Both the position numbers and the translations under genes were made by a program. The notes under the pieces are model-generated. The model made no database searches. It saw nothing but the letters and a program-made list of their open reading frames with translations, and was not told the origin of the DNA. This document shows positions 47,383 through 57,195 of a DNA stretch of 64,000 bases, in pieces. The stretch is from positions 186,001 to 250,000 of IMG/VR virus record IMGVR_UViG_3300008261_000001. One strand, given 5' to 3'. The stretch's first letter is position 1; each line of letters starts with the position of its first letter.

Positions 47383-47775
47383 TCAAATAAATTTATCTAG
47401 TATCGGCTTTCTGTCCTTTGGGTGGAGCTTGCAGTTAGAAAGATACGAGAACGGAACCCATTTCCACTCGTCATTTTCGTTATCCAATATGGGAGTAAAC
47501 TTAGTCGATACTTCTGCCAAATAGAGCGTGTACCCCGAGCCATACAACTCGTCGTAAATCTGAAAAGGAACCTTCTCCACTCCAATCAAGTTCTCTGAAG
47601 GATCTCCCCCTACCTCTTCGTAGAGTTCACGCATAGCTGTTTCGTAGTGCGTCTCCCCGCCCTCGGTTTTACCTCCAGGGAAGTTCCAATATCCGCTCCA
47701 TCTGTCCTCTGTTTTGGATACCCTTCTTAGAATCAGCGTGTCCCCACCGCTTATGAACATAACACCTGCACCCAT
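47383..47775 (-). CDS. NUDIX hydrolase
   Basis: PGGKTEGGETHYETAMRELYEEVG Nudix box. Confidence 0.93.
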   Translation of the reverse strand: MGAGVMFISGGDTLILRRVSKTEDRWSGYWNFPGGKTEGGETHYETAMRELYEEVGGDPSENLIGVEKVPFQIYDELYGSGYTLYLAEVSTKFTPILDNENDEWKWVPFSYLSNCKLHPKDRKPILDKFI

Positions 47776-47863
47776 AGCGACTCCTTTTATGTTTAGGTTG
47801 TAGGTTTTATTACCATAATAAACCTTTTATGTTTTTTCAGCCTAAACAATCGGAGAGAAAAAG

Positions 47864-48232
47864 ATGAAGTACTTATATCACTACGAAGCTGAGGTGTTAT
47901 CCGTTTACGATGGGGACACCTGTACCCTACAGATTTGCTGTGGGTTCGATATGTACACAAGGGTGACTTTTAGACTCACAGGCATAGACACCGCTGAGAT
48001 GAAGTCCAAAGACCCCTTAAAGAAAGAGGCAGCTCTACAAGCTAGAGACCACCTCAGAAGTCGTATCCTCGGCAAGAAGGTCATCGTCAACACTAGAGAG
48101 CGAGAGAAATACGGAAGGTGGCTTGGATACATTTGGGCAGACGAGGGACAAGATGAACTAGGGGAGTCCATCAACGACGAGATGATTCGTCTCGGTCATG
48201 CCAAGCCCTACGATGGTGGTAAGAAAGAATAA
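47864..48232 (+). CDS. thermonuclease (SNase-like)
   Basis: VYDGDT, RLTGIDTAE, KYGRWLG. Confidence 0.92.
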   Translation: MKYLYHYEAEVLSVYDGDTCTLQICCGFDMYTRVTFRLTGIDTAEMKSKDPLKKEAALQARDHLRSRILGKKVIVNTREREKYGRWLGYIWADEGQDELGESINDEMIRLGHAKPYDGGKKE

Positions 48233-48238
48233 ACTGCT

Positions 48239-48895
48239 CTATAGAGCTTTAGGGGAGGGTACTAAGGGTATTAGCTTATCAAAGCCCTTAAAAGCAGACT
48301 TGTGGGTTACATCATTACTTTTAATCAGTGTGTCGCTATAGTTATCAGAGTCGTTTAAGACGCTAACATCTGCAATACCACAGATGTAAAAATCTAGTCC
48401 CTCCTTCATTACGATCACTTGAGGGTACTCGTGCTTTTTAGCCGTGATAGAAGGTTTCTTCAGCAAAGGATAGTCGTACTGATCCCCCTCTTTAGACCCA
48501 GTCTTAACGCCTATGGATAAACCACCACGCTCTAGATCTGGACTGTCGAAGTCAGCAGACTCACCCACAGAGAAATCTACCACCTCTCTGTGGTCTAACC
48601 CAAGATACACACAGACTGCTATCTCACCTAGCTTTCCTGTAGTATGCCTCTTCCTTATAGACCCACCATCGTTTTTGTACCCACCCTCACCCCTCTTTTT
48701 CTCTATGATGGGTGAGACCATCTCGGATACATACTGTTCAATATCTTCTGTTAGGGTGATTTTTGGTTTATCCGACACATATTTCCAAATAGTATGTGGG
48801 TTGTTTTGTGACCACCTTGATTTGTTTAGCCTCTCCGCCCAATCGCCATTCTTGTCCTCATCCCCCAAGCTCTCTAGAATCTTATCTAAGCTCAC
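48239..48895 (-). CDS. putative PD-(D/E)xK nuclease
   Basis: GKLGEIAV..SPDL..IGVKT. Confidence 0.55.
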   Translation of the reverse strand: MSLDKILESLGDEDKNGDWAERLNKSRWSQNNPHTIWKYVSDKPKITLTEDIEQYVSEMVSPIIEKKRGEGGYKNDGGSIRKRHTTGKLGEIAVCVYLGLDHREVVDFSVGESADFDSPDLERGGLSIGVKTGSKEGDQYDYPLLKKPSITAKKHEYPQVIVMKEGLDFYICGIADVSVLNDSDNYSDTLIKSNDVTHKSAFKGFDKLIPLVPSPKAL

Positions 48896-49006
48896 GCTGA
48901 CCTCCTTTGGTTTCTCGTAGTTATTATGGGATTTAGGTGCTTAATAATTTGTTTATATACCCACAAAACATTGTCCAAATAACCCCAACAAGAGAGTATA
49001 TAGAGT

Positions 49007-49390
49007 ATGCCCCTAGTCCATCAGCACATCGTTGTCCGCTCCCATGTCATGAAGCCTCCCATGAGCGAGGAGGAGACGAAGAACTGGCTCAAAGAGCTTA
49101 TTTCTAAAATCGACATGAAGATCCTAAACGGTCCTCATGCGACTTATTTAGATAAAGAGGGTAATAGGGGTGTGACGGGCGTCTGCATTATCGAGACTTC
49201 TCACATTGCAATCCATGTGTGGGATGAGGAGTCTCCAGGTCTTATTCAGCTTGATGTGTACTCGTGTAAGGACTTCGACAAAGAGGTGGTGTTCAAGCAC
49301 TTTGAGTGCTTTGAGCCTGTCTCGACCGAGTGGTTCATGCTCGACCGCACCGACAAGTTATCCATTACGGACGACATACAGAAGAAATGA
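49007..49390 (+). CDS. speD: pyruvoyl-dependent AdoMet decarboxylase proenzyme-like
   Basis: GVTGVCIIETSHIAIHVWDE..LDVYSCK. Confidence 0.88.
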   Translation: MPLVHQHIVVRSHVMKPPMSEEETKNWLKELISKIDMKILNGPHATYLDKEGNRGVTGVCIIETSHIAIHVWDEESPGLIQLDVYSCKDFDKEVVFKHFECFEPVSTEWFMLDRTDKLSITDDIQKK

Positions 49391-50052
49391 GCGATCCTCG
49401 TTGTGTGATAGGTGCGGATGTAAAGCTCATCGAGAAAACCCCTGAGGGTTGGATTCTCGATGGGGCTGTGTATGTATCGGATATATCCGATTGCATAATC
49501 ATGCCCTCACCACACGACAGAAGGATAGTCTTGTCCGTATTGGAAAAGAAGCCCATGCCCTCTAAGCCCAATAAAGTTATCCCTCCTCTACCCCCTTTAC
49601 CACCTAGCTCTGTGGGTGTGGCTGAAGTACCCCCACCCCCTCCTCACTTAACGGAGTACCCCTTGTTAAGTGAGGAGATTGTAGAAGTCGTACAAGACAC
49701 CTTATTGGATAAGTTAGGGGACAAGTTAGGAGAGAATATGTGGGCAGTAGGTTTAGCCATAGGTTTTACGCTGTTAAAGAAGTTAATGACTCAACAAGGT
49801 CAACAAGCGAGCAAGGCTCAAGAGGAAATGGATAAAAAGTGCAAGGGGAGGCACTCAGACTCAGAGAGCTATAAGGCTGAGATGGAAGCTCGCATAAAGG
49901 AGCTTACTGAGCAACTGCAAGCGAGGGACTTAGAGCTTAAGGGGTTCGCTTCGAGGCAATCCCTTAGAGCTACAGACGAGAGGTTAAAAGCCTTGTATGA
50001 GGAGTTCCATAAGTTCAAGAAGGAACTGCTCTTAAACATAGACGAGGACTAG
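49387..50052 (+). CDS. single-TM coiled-coil protein, paralog of 45171..45839
   Basis: ATGA coupling to speD; CVI..WILDG..SDISDC, Pro linker, TM, coiled coil. Confidence 0.7.
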   Translation: MSDPRCVIGADVKLIEKTPEGWILDGAVYVSDISDCIIMPSPHDRRIVLSVLEKKPMPSKPNKVIPPLPPLPPSSVGVAEVPPPPPHLTEYPLLSEEIVEVVQDTLLDKLGDKLGENMWAVGLAIGFTLLKKLMTQQGQQASKAQEEMDKKCKGRHSDSESYKAEMEARIKELTEQLQARDLELKGFASRQSLRATDERLKALYEEFHKFKKELLLNIDED

Positions 50053-50081
50053 CCTCAGTCCTCATCCCCTCAAGAGCCGTA

Positions 50082-50954
50082 TTAGTATCCAAAGTCCTCT
50101 GAGTTTTGGGAGATGACTTTCTCGATTTGGTCGATGTGCTTTTTAAGCACCACTACTGAAACACCACGAGCCTCTGCCCAATCGTTCTGGTTTTGGAAAG
50201 TCTCGTCTACCTTGTCACGATAGATTTGGTAGCGGATACCCCCCTGCTCTTCACCGAACTTTTGGTTGAGAAGGCGTTGGACATGGTTAGAGACCGATTC
50301 AGCTTCGGCTATCTTTTCAGCCTCGGTGGAGTAGTCGGCATAGAAGTAGTCGGTTTCCGTTTTTTCAGGGTTGTCCTCGTTGGTTCGGATAACCTGCTTG
50401 GCTGAGTTTTCCGATATGTAGGCGTAGCGTGAGCCTCGCTTACACTCTTGTTGGGTCTTACGACCGCGTTGGCGTTGAAGAGCGTCTTGCCCCTCCACCA
50501 TGCTCGCCCGCCAGATGAACTGCTTAAAGTGGTAGAAGATGCTGTTAAAGGTGGGGTCTTTGCCCTTAACCAACATTGGAGAGAGGTTGTCTTTCTCACA
50601 CAGAAAGACAACAAAGTCGTGGTAGTAGTCCTCAAGGTCTTGCATTGCAAATGCGGTAGTGCTGTCCCTTGCCCCATGACGGAGGCAAAAGTCCTTGAGC
50701 TTCTCGTAGTTTACAGACTTGCCCCCAAAGAGCCAATTTTCAGTCGCGTTCGTCTTACGCTTTTGACCGAAAGCCTTTGGTCTCTTAACTTGAGATGTGA
50801 CCTCATAAGATGCCACCTGTAAGAGCACATCCGACCAATGCTCTTCCTTGAGAGTCGCCCTTGAGATTTGAGCCTCCACTTGAGCGATCTGCTCTTTCAG
50901 AGCGTCCGCTTGGGCGTAGAGGCGGGTAAGAGTATCCTTTAAATTTTTCAACAC
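50082..50954 (-). CDS. divergent sigma-factor-like protein
   Basis: Region 2-like DLEDYYHDFVVFL and region 4-like HTH WAEARGVSVVVLKKHI. Confidence 0.5.
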   Translation of the reverse strand: MLKNLKDTLTRLYAQADALKEQIAQVEAQISRATLKEEHWSDVLLQVASYEVTSQVKRPKAFGQKRKTNATENWLFGGKSVNYEKLKDFCLRHGARDSTTAFAMQDLEDYYHDFVVFLCEKDNLSPMLVKGKDPTFNSIFYHFKQFIWRASMVEGQDALQRQRGRKTQQECKRGSRYAYISENSAKQVIRTNEDNPEKTETDYFYADYSTEAEKIAEAESVSNHVQRLLNQKFGEEQGGIRYQIYRDKVDETFQNQNDWAEARGVSVVVLKKHIDQIEKVISQNSEDFGY

Positions 50955-51179
50955 TATGGGTCTCCTCGTACAGAGGGTTAGGTGTGCCTTAAGGGTTAGT
51001 CACCAGGCACGGGAGTACACATAGTAGGTACATCGAACATAAAAATCAAGTTCAAAATCAACCCCCCCAGAAAAAAGATCGTAGAGGTGTGGGTGTGGGG
51101 GGGAGACTCGAAAAAGATTTTTTTTTGTTTATACCCCTGCTCTTGCAAACGAAACCGATCTGAGAAATGGATACTTATA

Positions 51180-52787
51180 ATGGATAAGCAACTACAACGA
51201 GTGGGCATGATGTTGGAGCTTAGTGGTCTAGCTGAGACCAACAAGCAAGCCTCAGAAATCTTAGGGCTGTTACGCAAGCAAGCTGGAGTAGACAAGTTCG
51301 CCATGATGCCGACGAAGTGGAAAGACTCAAAAAAGAGTTATCATGGCACGATACCCTTAGACTCTTTACAGGGTTATTTCGTTCAGATGTGGTGGGGTGC
51401 TTTAAAGAAGCTAGGTTTGACAACTCTTGAGTGTCCACCTACATCGGACATAAAGGTACTCAGTCGTGCTTTGGGTGCGTCCTCTTTGTTCGGTAAGCTC
51501 ATTAAGAATCCGCTTCCAGATTCAGACCCTCGTAAAGTCCTTTGGGCTTCATTAAGGGAGGCTTGGAACAAGCACAGCACGGATTTCGAAACCTCTTGGA
51601 ACAGGATTTTCGAGAGAGCTTATAACGCCACGAACTACATCAGAGGGGATAAAAGGATACCTGACTCTGAAACACGAACACAGCTTGAGATGGAGCAAGC
51701 CTCTGCGGTGTTCGATAGGTACTTTAAGGGCAATAAACTTTACACATTTGTGCAGAGTCTGAACCTTAGTAATCCCGAGTCTGTTTTTGAGCAAGCCTCG
51801 GCATTGGTGGTTTCTAATATCGCTAATGGGAACCACTCTTCAAAGTCAGTCTCTACAAAGCCCACGGACTTTGAGGCTCCAGAGGGTGGTGAGGCTTACA
51901 ACTTCAGTGCTGAGGATGCCTTTATTCCTTACGGTTACACAAGGGACAGTGGCAACACTCCACTTACTGATGCTCAACTACAAACCAACCAACAGATTTT
52001 GGAGGAGGCGGAGAAGCAAGAGGATTGGGCCGAGCTTGTTCGTGATATGCAAAAGAACGATCCAGATTTCTACAAGGACTTAATGGATATTGTATCCGAA
52101 ACTGTAGAGATCAAGAGGTTGTCTCCTGAGGCGGTTTTATCCACAAAGATTACTACTCTAGCACAGATGGAGATCCTTGCTACGCTCATAGACGACTGCT
52201 TATCGGCAGAATCTAGGGATAGGATAAAGAGGTCTGCTCTTTCAAGCATCAAGGCAGGCACATACGCGATTCTCTATGCGTATCTTGTGATGGCAGGTTT
52301 CACTTTTAGCACTCGTGAAGGGGAGAGCGTCACCATTAAGTTATCTGGAAACCCCTTCTTGGTTAACTACAGATCTTTCCAAAGGGATGTGGCAGTACCG
52401 CTAAGGTTAGCGGATGACTTTGAGAGGGTGGTCTCACGCTTGTGGGGGCTCATTGAGAAGTACATACCCAAAAAGCTCTTTAAGGCGGACTTAGAGACCT
52501 TTAGCACACAGATGCAGAAACTTGTGTTCGGTGGTGTTCACCCTGGTGTTGCTTTCCCTGAGATCACCCTAAAGGACAGCCGTTGGTTCTTGGTTTCTTG
52601 TCTTAAAGAGTTCATTCGTTTGAGGATGATTCTTGAAATCTCGGACGAGGATGTTTTAGAGGAGTTCGAGCCAGAGATGGATGGGGATTTGTGTATTAAG
52701 GCTCTTAGGGCTATCACGATTGCTCCCACACAGATTGTAGAGGAAGCGAGATTAGCCCTCATTAGTAGTATCGAGAAGAGAAGGTAA
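51180..52787 (+). CDS. hypothetical helical protein
   Basis: Long ORF; N-terminus RVGMMLELSGL..RKQAG; likely start 51180. Confidence 0.7.
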   Translation: MDKQLQRVGMMLELSGLAETNKQASEILGLLRKQAGVDKFAMMPTKWKDSKKSYHGTIPLDSLQGYFVQMWWGALKKLGLTTLECPPTSDIKVLSRALGASSLFGKLIKNPLPDSDPRKVLWASLREAWNKHSTDFETSWNRIFERAYNATNYIRGDKRIPDSETRTQLEMEQASAVFDRYFKGNKLYTFVQSLNLSNPESVFEQASALVVSNIANGNHSSKSVSTKPTDFEAPEGGEAYNFSAEDAFIPYGYTRDSGNTPLTDAQLQTNQQILEEAEKQEDWAELVRDMQKNDPDFYKDLMDIVSETVEIKRLSPEAVLSTKITTLAQMEILATLIDDCLSAESRDRIKRSALSSIKAGTYAILYAYLVMAGFTFSTREGESVTIKLSGNPFLVNYRSFQRDVAVPLRLADDFERVVSRLWGLIEKYIPKKLFKADLETFSTQMQKLVFGGVHPGVAFPEITLKDSRWFLVSCLKEFIRLRMILEISDEDVLEEFEPEMDGDLCIKALRAITIAPTQIVEEARLALISSIEKRR

Positions 52788-52794
52788 AATCCCT

Positions 52795-52852
52795 TATCTA
52801 TTTATGATGACACCCATGTAGAGAAAACACACTCTTCGTGGAGTGACATCAT
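52795..52852 (+). promoter_or_regulatory. TTTAT box plus RBS-occluding hairpin ahead of baseplate operon
   Basis: TATCTATTTAT, then ATGATG..CAC.CCATG../..CGTGG.GTG.CATCAT enclosing GGAG. Confidence 0.6.
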
Positions 52853-52855
52853 ATT

Positions 52856-53896
52856 ATGAGTAAAGACTTACAGATCGCATATGCGTGTCCGCATTTGATA
52901 CGATATGAAAGAGTTTCTTTGGACAGCGGTCGGTTTGTATCTGCCTCTAGTCCCATAGAGGGGGATAACCTACTTGTTCTTAGACGAGATGGTGTCGAAC
53001 TGCCCGCTGAGGGACTCTTTAGGGAAGCATTTATCCAATGCCCTCTCAAAGGTCCTTATCGGATAAAGACGGATAAGAACTCTCTTACGCTTGTCTTGGA
53101 GGGTGGTGCTACATATCAGGTGTCTATCCCACCTAAGATTTACAGCACTACGGCACTCGTGACTTTACTTAATGGAAAGTTCGGTGAGATTTCTGTTTTG
53201 GAGGATAACTTATCGGTTCGTTTTACGGATGAGCAAAGGGGTGTTGGTTTTAGTCTTTATGGGACAGCGATGGAGAGCTTGGGTTTTGTGGTATCCAAAG
53301 TCAGAGCAAAGCCTTTACGCCTAACGCCCTCTTGGAAACTGCGGAAAAGCACAACTGGGGGTTATTTAGTAGCTTTCGATAAGCCTCTCGATCCGGAGGG
53401 CTTATTAGATGTCACCTATACGACCACAAAGAGCGAATGTCGTAGGTGCAACGCCACTGGGGTGGAGAACGACATAAGGTTCTCTATGGATGGTGATTTA
53501 TCCACAATAGAGGGTTATGACTTATTGTATCAGAACATAGCAAAGACGCTTTTGACCATACAAGGGAGCAATCCTTATCACGAGTGGTATGGGTCGAACG
53601 CTGTAGGTTTGGTGGGTAAGAAGTCCACCACTGCTTTACCTTCTCTGATCCGACAGAGCGTTAAAGAGGCATTGGATAGATTTCAGGGTCTTCAGCGAGA
53701 GCAGGCGAAGTTACAGAGGGTATCTAATGAGGAACGCTTATTGAGCGTAGACAGCGTGACGGTGGAACGCATAGGGTCAGATGAGACATCTGTCTTGTGT
53801 ACGGTCGTCGTTCGGGCGGCAAGTGGTTCGCCCGTTAACATAAACATTGTGTTTGCTGTACCTGGCAGTATTCCACTTGATGGAGATCTAAGATGA
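52856..53896 (+). CDS. baseplate wedge protein with gp25/GPW-like C-terminal domain
   Basis: LLTIQGSNPYHEWYGS..EERLLSVDSV; precedes baseplate J-like gene. Confidence 0.8.
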   Translation: MSKDLQIAYACPHLIRYERVSLDSGRFVSASSPIEGDNLLVLRRDGVELPAEGLFREAFIQCPLKGPYRIKTDKNSLTLVLEGGATYQVSIPPKIYSTTALVTLLNGKFGEISVLEDNLSVRFTDEQRGVGFSLYGTAMESLGFVVSKVRAKPLRLTPSWKLRKSTTGGYLVAFDKPLDPEGLLDVTYTTTKSECRRCNATGVENDIRFSMDGDLSTIEGYDLLYQNIAKTLLTIQGSNPYHEWYGSNAVGLVGKKSTTALPSLIRQSVKEALDRFQGLQREQAKLQRVSNEERLLSVDSVTVERIGSDETSVLCTVVVRAASGSPVNINIVFAVPGSIPLDGDLR

Positions 53897-56800
53897 GCCT
53901 TTTTGAAATAATCAAACCTGATGGGGTTAAGACTTCCAATCCCTCTGTCGTTTACTCTACTCTCAAAGACGAAGTGACCATTAGGGGTAACATCGAGGGA
54001 TACACGAGTATCGTCATAACTTTTAATGGAACCACCTACACTTCCACCGGTATAGACTCAGATATAAGCATATTGGATAACTCTTGGTTATTCCCATCTG
54101 TTGGTGGTATAGACATCACTCAAGGTACGAACTCTTTTGAGATAGTAGCCTCAGGTGTGGGTTTATCCAATAAGTCCATACGGCTAGACATAGTATCTCC
54201 AGAGAACGAGCAGATATCTCCACCTGCTCCACCCACGAACATCAGAGTTTCTCGTCTCCAAAACGCTGTAGAGATTTCTTTTAACCACTCGGACACATCC
54301 GTGAGCTATTACAATGTGTATGGCTCATCAGCAAGTGGTGGGGGTCTTAATGGATACTTTTTGGTAAACGCGGTTCCTTTAGATCCAGTGACTTACGGTG
54401 TGCGTGTTGAGCAGTCTACAACACTTGGTGACTTGAGTGTGGATTTGAGTCCACAAGATGCCGACCCTTTATTTGTGGGGGTGCAGGCGTTGCAGAGTTC
54501 TAGTTCTCAAACCTTATCTACTACTAGCTTGGGGGATATTGAGATTCCAGAGGGTGCTATAAGGGTGAGGGTTACCTCTGTGGTTTCTTCTCTAACTCTT
54601 AATGAGACAGTTAAGTTTAAGCACTCTAGGACAGCCACCCCCAACTCACAACCACCGACCTATCAGATAGGTGAGTTCTCGACCTTACCCGCGACTACTC
54701 CCATTTATTATGTGGTCACAGCAGTTAAAGTGGCTGACGATGTTGAGATAGAGTCCTCTTACAGCATAGAAGTGGCAGGACAGCCCATAGAGGTTCAATC
54801 CACCAATCTGAGCCTCCCCAATGTATCGGATAACGACATCACAACGAGTCTTATCCAATCAATCTACGCGGCGGACGAGGATGCGAGCGTTCAAGCTGGG
54901 TCTGCCATCCGAGACTTGATGATAGACCCTATGGTGTCTGAGCTATCTAGGGTGCGTTTTGTGTTGGACTACACCTATCGAGCCACGAGCTTTTTGAGCC
55001 TATTACGGATAGACGACCCCTTAAACACAGGTGCTTCCATTTCTGTGTCTGCGAGTTCTTACAAGCTCGCTCTGAAAGACGCTTTGTTTTTACAAACGGA
55101 TGCTCAGACACAGAACCTCATAGACTCTTCCTTTGACCGACTTGCCTCTAACTTTGGCTTGTCCCGCAGAATAGGCGTAAAGGCGAGGGGAGAGGTGGTG
55201 TTTTATGTTTCCGCTAAACCCACCTACACTATATCAGTTCCTCTAGGGACAGTTCTGACAGGCGGTGGAGTTTCCTTTAAGACGACTGAAACGGATAGCT
55301 TTAGTCCAGAGAACGCATCGAGCCTCTACAACCCTATCCGTAAACGATATGAGCTTACTTTACAAATAGAGGCGATAAATGAGGGTTCAAGCGGAAATGT
55401 AACGAGCGGTCAGATCACACAAGGTGCTCCAGCAGGGTTGAGGGTTTCCAATACCGCACCAACTTTTGGGGGACAAGACACAGAGAGCAATAGTGATCTG
55501 TCCGCAAGAGCTTTGGGTTATTTATCTTCTGTGGATGTCGGCACTCGTAATGGATACTATCGCGTAGCACGAGAGACAGCAGGTGTATCCTCCGTCCTCA
55601 TTATTGACGCAGACAGCCCCTACATGGTCAGAGATGATGGGATCGGTGGCAAAGTGGATGTGTGGGTAAGGGGTGAGAGCATAGCGAGTGTCACCGATGT
55701 GTACGCCCCCACCTACAAAACCAAACGCGGTGCTAGGTTCTTGCCCCTCATTAGCGAGGGGGCTTACATCTTCAAAGTGGCAGACATCTCGTCCCCCTCT
55801 ATCTTTGAAATGATCGACAGAGAGGACTTGGGTCTTGGACTCCGTAACGCCACCACAAATGAGTTCTTCGACTTATCCAATGTGGTCATATCTAATGGGA
55901 ATACAATCACATTGGATAGTTCGATAGTACAGCCCTCTTATGTGTTTGGGGATGTGATACTAGGTGACTATAGGTCTAGCACCTCGGCAAATATCGTCTT
56001 AGATAGACAGCCTGTAAGAGAAGTCTTATCCGTGGCGAAAGAAGATGGGACACTCTTGGGTTTTGAGTTTGTTAAAGCTGAAGACCCCTTGAGGCTTGGG
56101 CAGTCAACTAGAGCTTCCGATTATGTGGTGGTGACGAATGATGGTTTGGATAAGTTTAAAGAAGTCTCCCAAGAGTCTCATACGCTCATAGGATTTTACG
56201 GAGACCGTTTAGCCTATTTGGGTGTCGATGTGAACAGCATAGTGGTGACGAACACATCGGGTGTTGTGTTCGATAGCCCTCTCGACCCAAGTGTTTCCCA
56301 ACCCCATTATGAGATCATCTCAGAAGTCGATCAGGTTTCTATACGCAGAACGAGCGTCAGTGGCGGTATAGCAGATGGGCAGATAGTGCTAGTCTCTTAT
56401 CGTTACATAGAGAATATCACCATCACCTACAAGACGAACCTCGTTTTATCCAATCTACAATCAAACCTAGATGCGAATAAGCACTTAGGGGCGGATGTAT
56501 TGGCTAAAGAGGTTTCTCCAGTATTTGTGGACATCAAAGCTGTGGTGGTCTTAGAGCGGGGTACACCCATCTCCACAGCGGACTCCCTCATACGCAACAA
56601 CTTATCCAATCTTATCTTAGGGCAAGTACTCGGTGGGACGCTGAGAGTCTCAGATGTCATTAGGGAGATAGATAGCAGTACAGGCGTTAGCTATGTCATC
56701 ATGCCTCTCACACAACTCGCTCTACAGCAAGGGTCTAGTGTACTAAGAGAAGAAATCTTAGTGGGTTCTCTCCGAAACATCACCCAACTTAACAACCCAA

Positions 56801-57195
56801 CACATAACTTATGGTTATTGGATAGCCCTTTATCCAATGTGGTGGGGGTCGGAGGGGGTGCGACCGCTCGTGTGTTTTTAGATGGAGCGGAGATACCCCT
56901 CTTGAGCGTCTCACAGAGGGGACTCAAATCAAATTGGATAACCACGAGTGCATCGCTCATAGGTTTGGAGGGGTTGAGTGTTTACGACTCAACTATCTCT
57001 GCGTATGTGAACATAACAGCGAGCCAAAATAAGGTTTTGTTGTGTTTGCCTATAGGCGATCACCCTAGCAATCATCTTCTGAGTGCCAACTACACAACTG
57101 GAGACTCCACAGGTGTGGTGTCGGACATAGTGGTGAACGAGTTTTCTTATTTACAAGTGGGCGACTTGAGCTTTACTTACGAGGAGGAACGATGA
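53893..57195 (+). CDS. baseplate J/gp6-like wedge protein with Fn3-like N-terminus
   Basis: FDRLASNFGLSR..ARGEV..GSSGNV..GGQDTESNSDLSAR. Confidence 0.88.
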   Translation: MSLFEIIKPDGVKTSNPSVVYSTLKDEVTIRGNIEGYTSIVITFNGTTYTSTGIDSDISILDNSWLFPSVGGIDITQGTNSFEIVASGVGLSNKSIRLDIVSPENEQISPPAPPTNIRVSRLQNAVEISFNHSDTSVSYYNVYGSSASGGGLNGYFLVNAVPLDPVTYGVRVEQSTTLGDLSVDLSPQDADPLFVGVQALQSSSSQTLSTTSLGDIEIPEGAIRVRVTSVVSSLTLNETVKFKHSRTATPNSQPPTYQIGEFSTLPATTPIYYVVTAVKVADDVEIESSYSIEVAGQPIEVQSTNLSLPNVSDNDITTSLIQSIYAADEDASVQAGSAIRDLMIDPMVSELSRVRFVLDYTYRATSFLSLLRIDDPLNTGASISVSASSYKLALKDALFLQTDAQTQNLIDSSFDRLASNFGLSRRIGVKARGEVVFYVSAKPTYTISVPLGTVLTGGGVSFKTTETDSFSPENASSLYNPIRKRYELTLQIEAINEGSSGNVTSGQITQGAPAGLRVSNTAPTFGGQDTESNSDLSARALGYLSSVDVGTRNGYYRVARETAGVSSVLIIDADSPYMVRDDGIGGKVDVWVRGESIASVTDVYAPTYKTKRGARFLPLISEGAYIFKVADISSPSIFEMIDREDLGLGLRNATTNEFFDLSNVVISNGNTITLDSSIVQPSYVFGDVILGDYRSSTSANIVLDRQPVREVLSVAKEDGTLLGFEFVKAEDPLRLGQSTRASDYVVVTNDGLDKFKEVSQESHTLIGFYGDRLAYLGVDVNSIVVTNTSGVVFDSPLDPSVSQPHYEIISEVDQVSIRRTSVSGGIADGQIVLVSYRYIENITITYKTNLVLSNLQSNLDANKHLGADVLAKEVSPVFVDIKAVVVLERGTPISTADSLIRNNLSNLILGQVLGGTLRVSDVIREIDSSTGVSYVIMPLTQLALQQGSSVLREEILVGSLRNITQLNNPTHNLWLLDSPLSNVVGVGGGATARVFLDGAEIPLLSVSQRGLKSNWITTSASLIGLEGLSVYDSTISAYVNITASQNKVLLCLPIGDHPSNHLLSANYTTGDSTGVVSDIVVNEFSYLQVGDLSFTYEEER

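Noticed and set aside
31753-48895. Methyltransferase plus PD-(D/E)xK nuclease as a restriction-modification pair
   Set aside because: The genes are 15 kb apart and the nuclease call is weak
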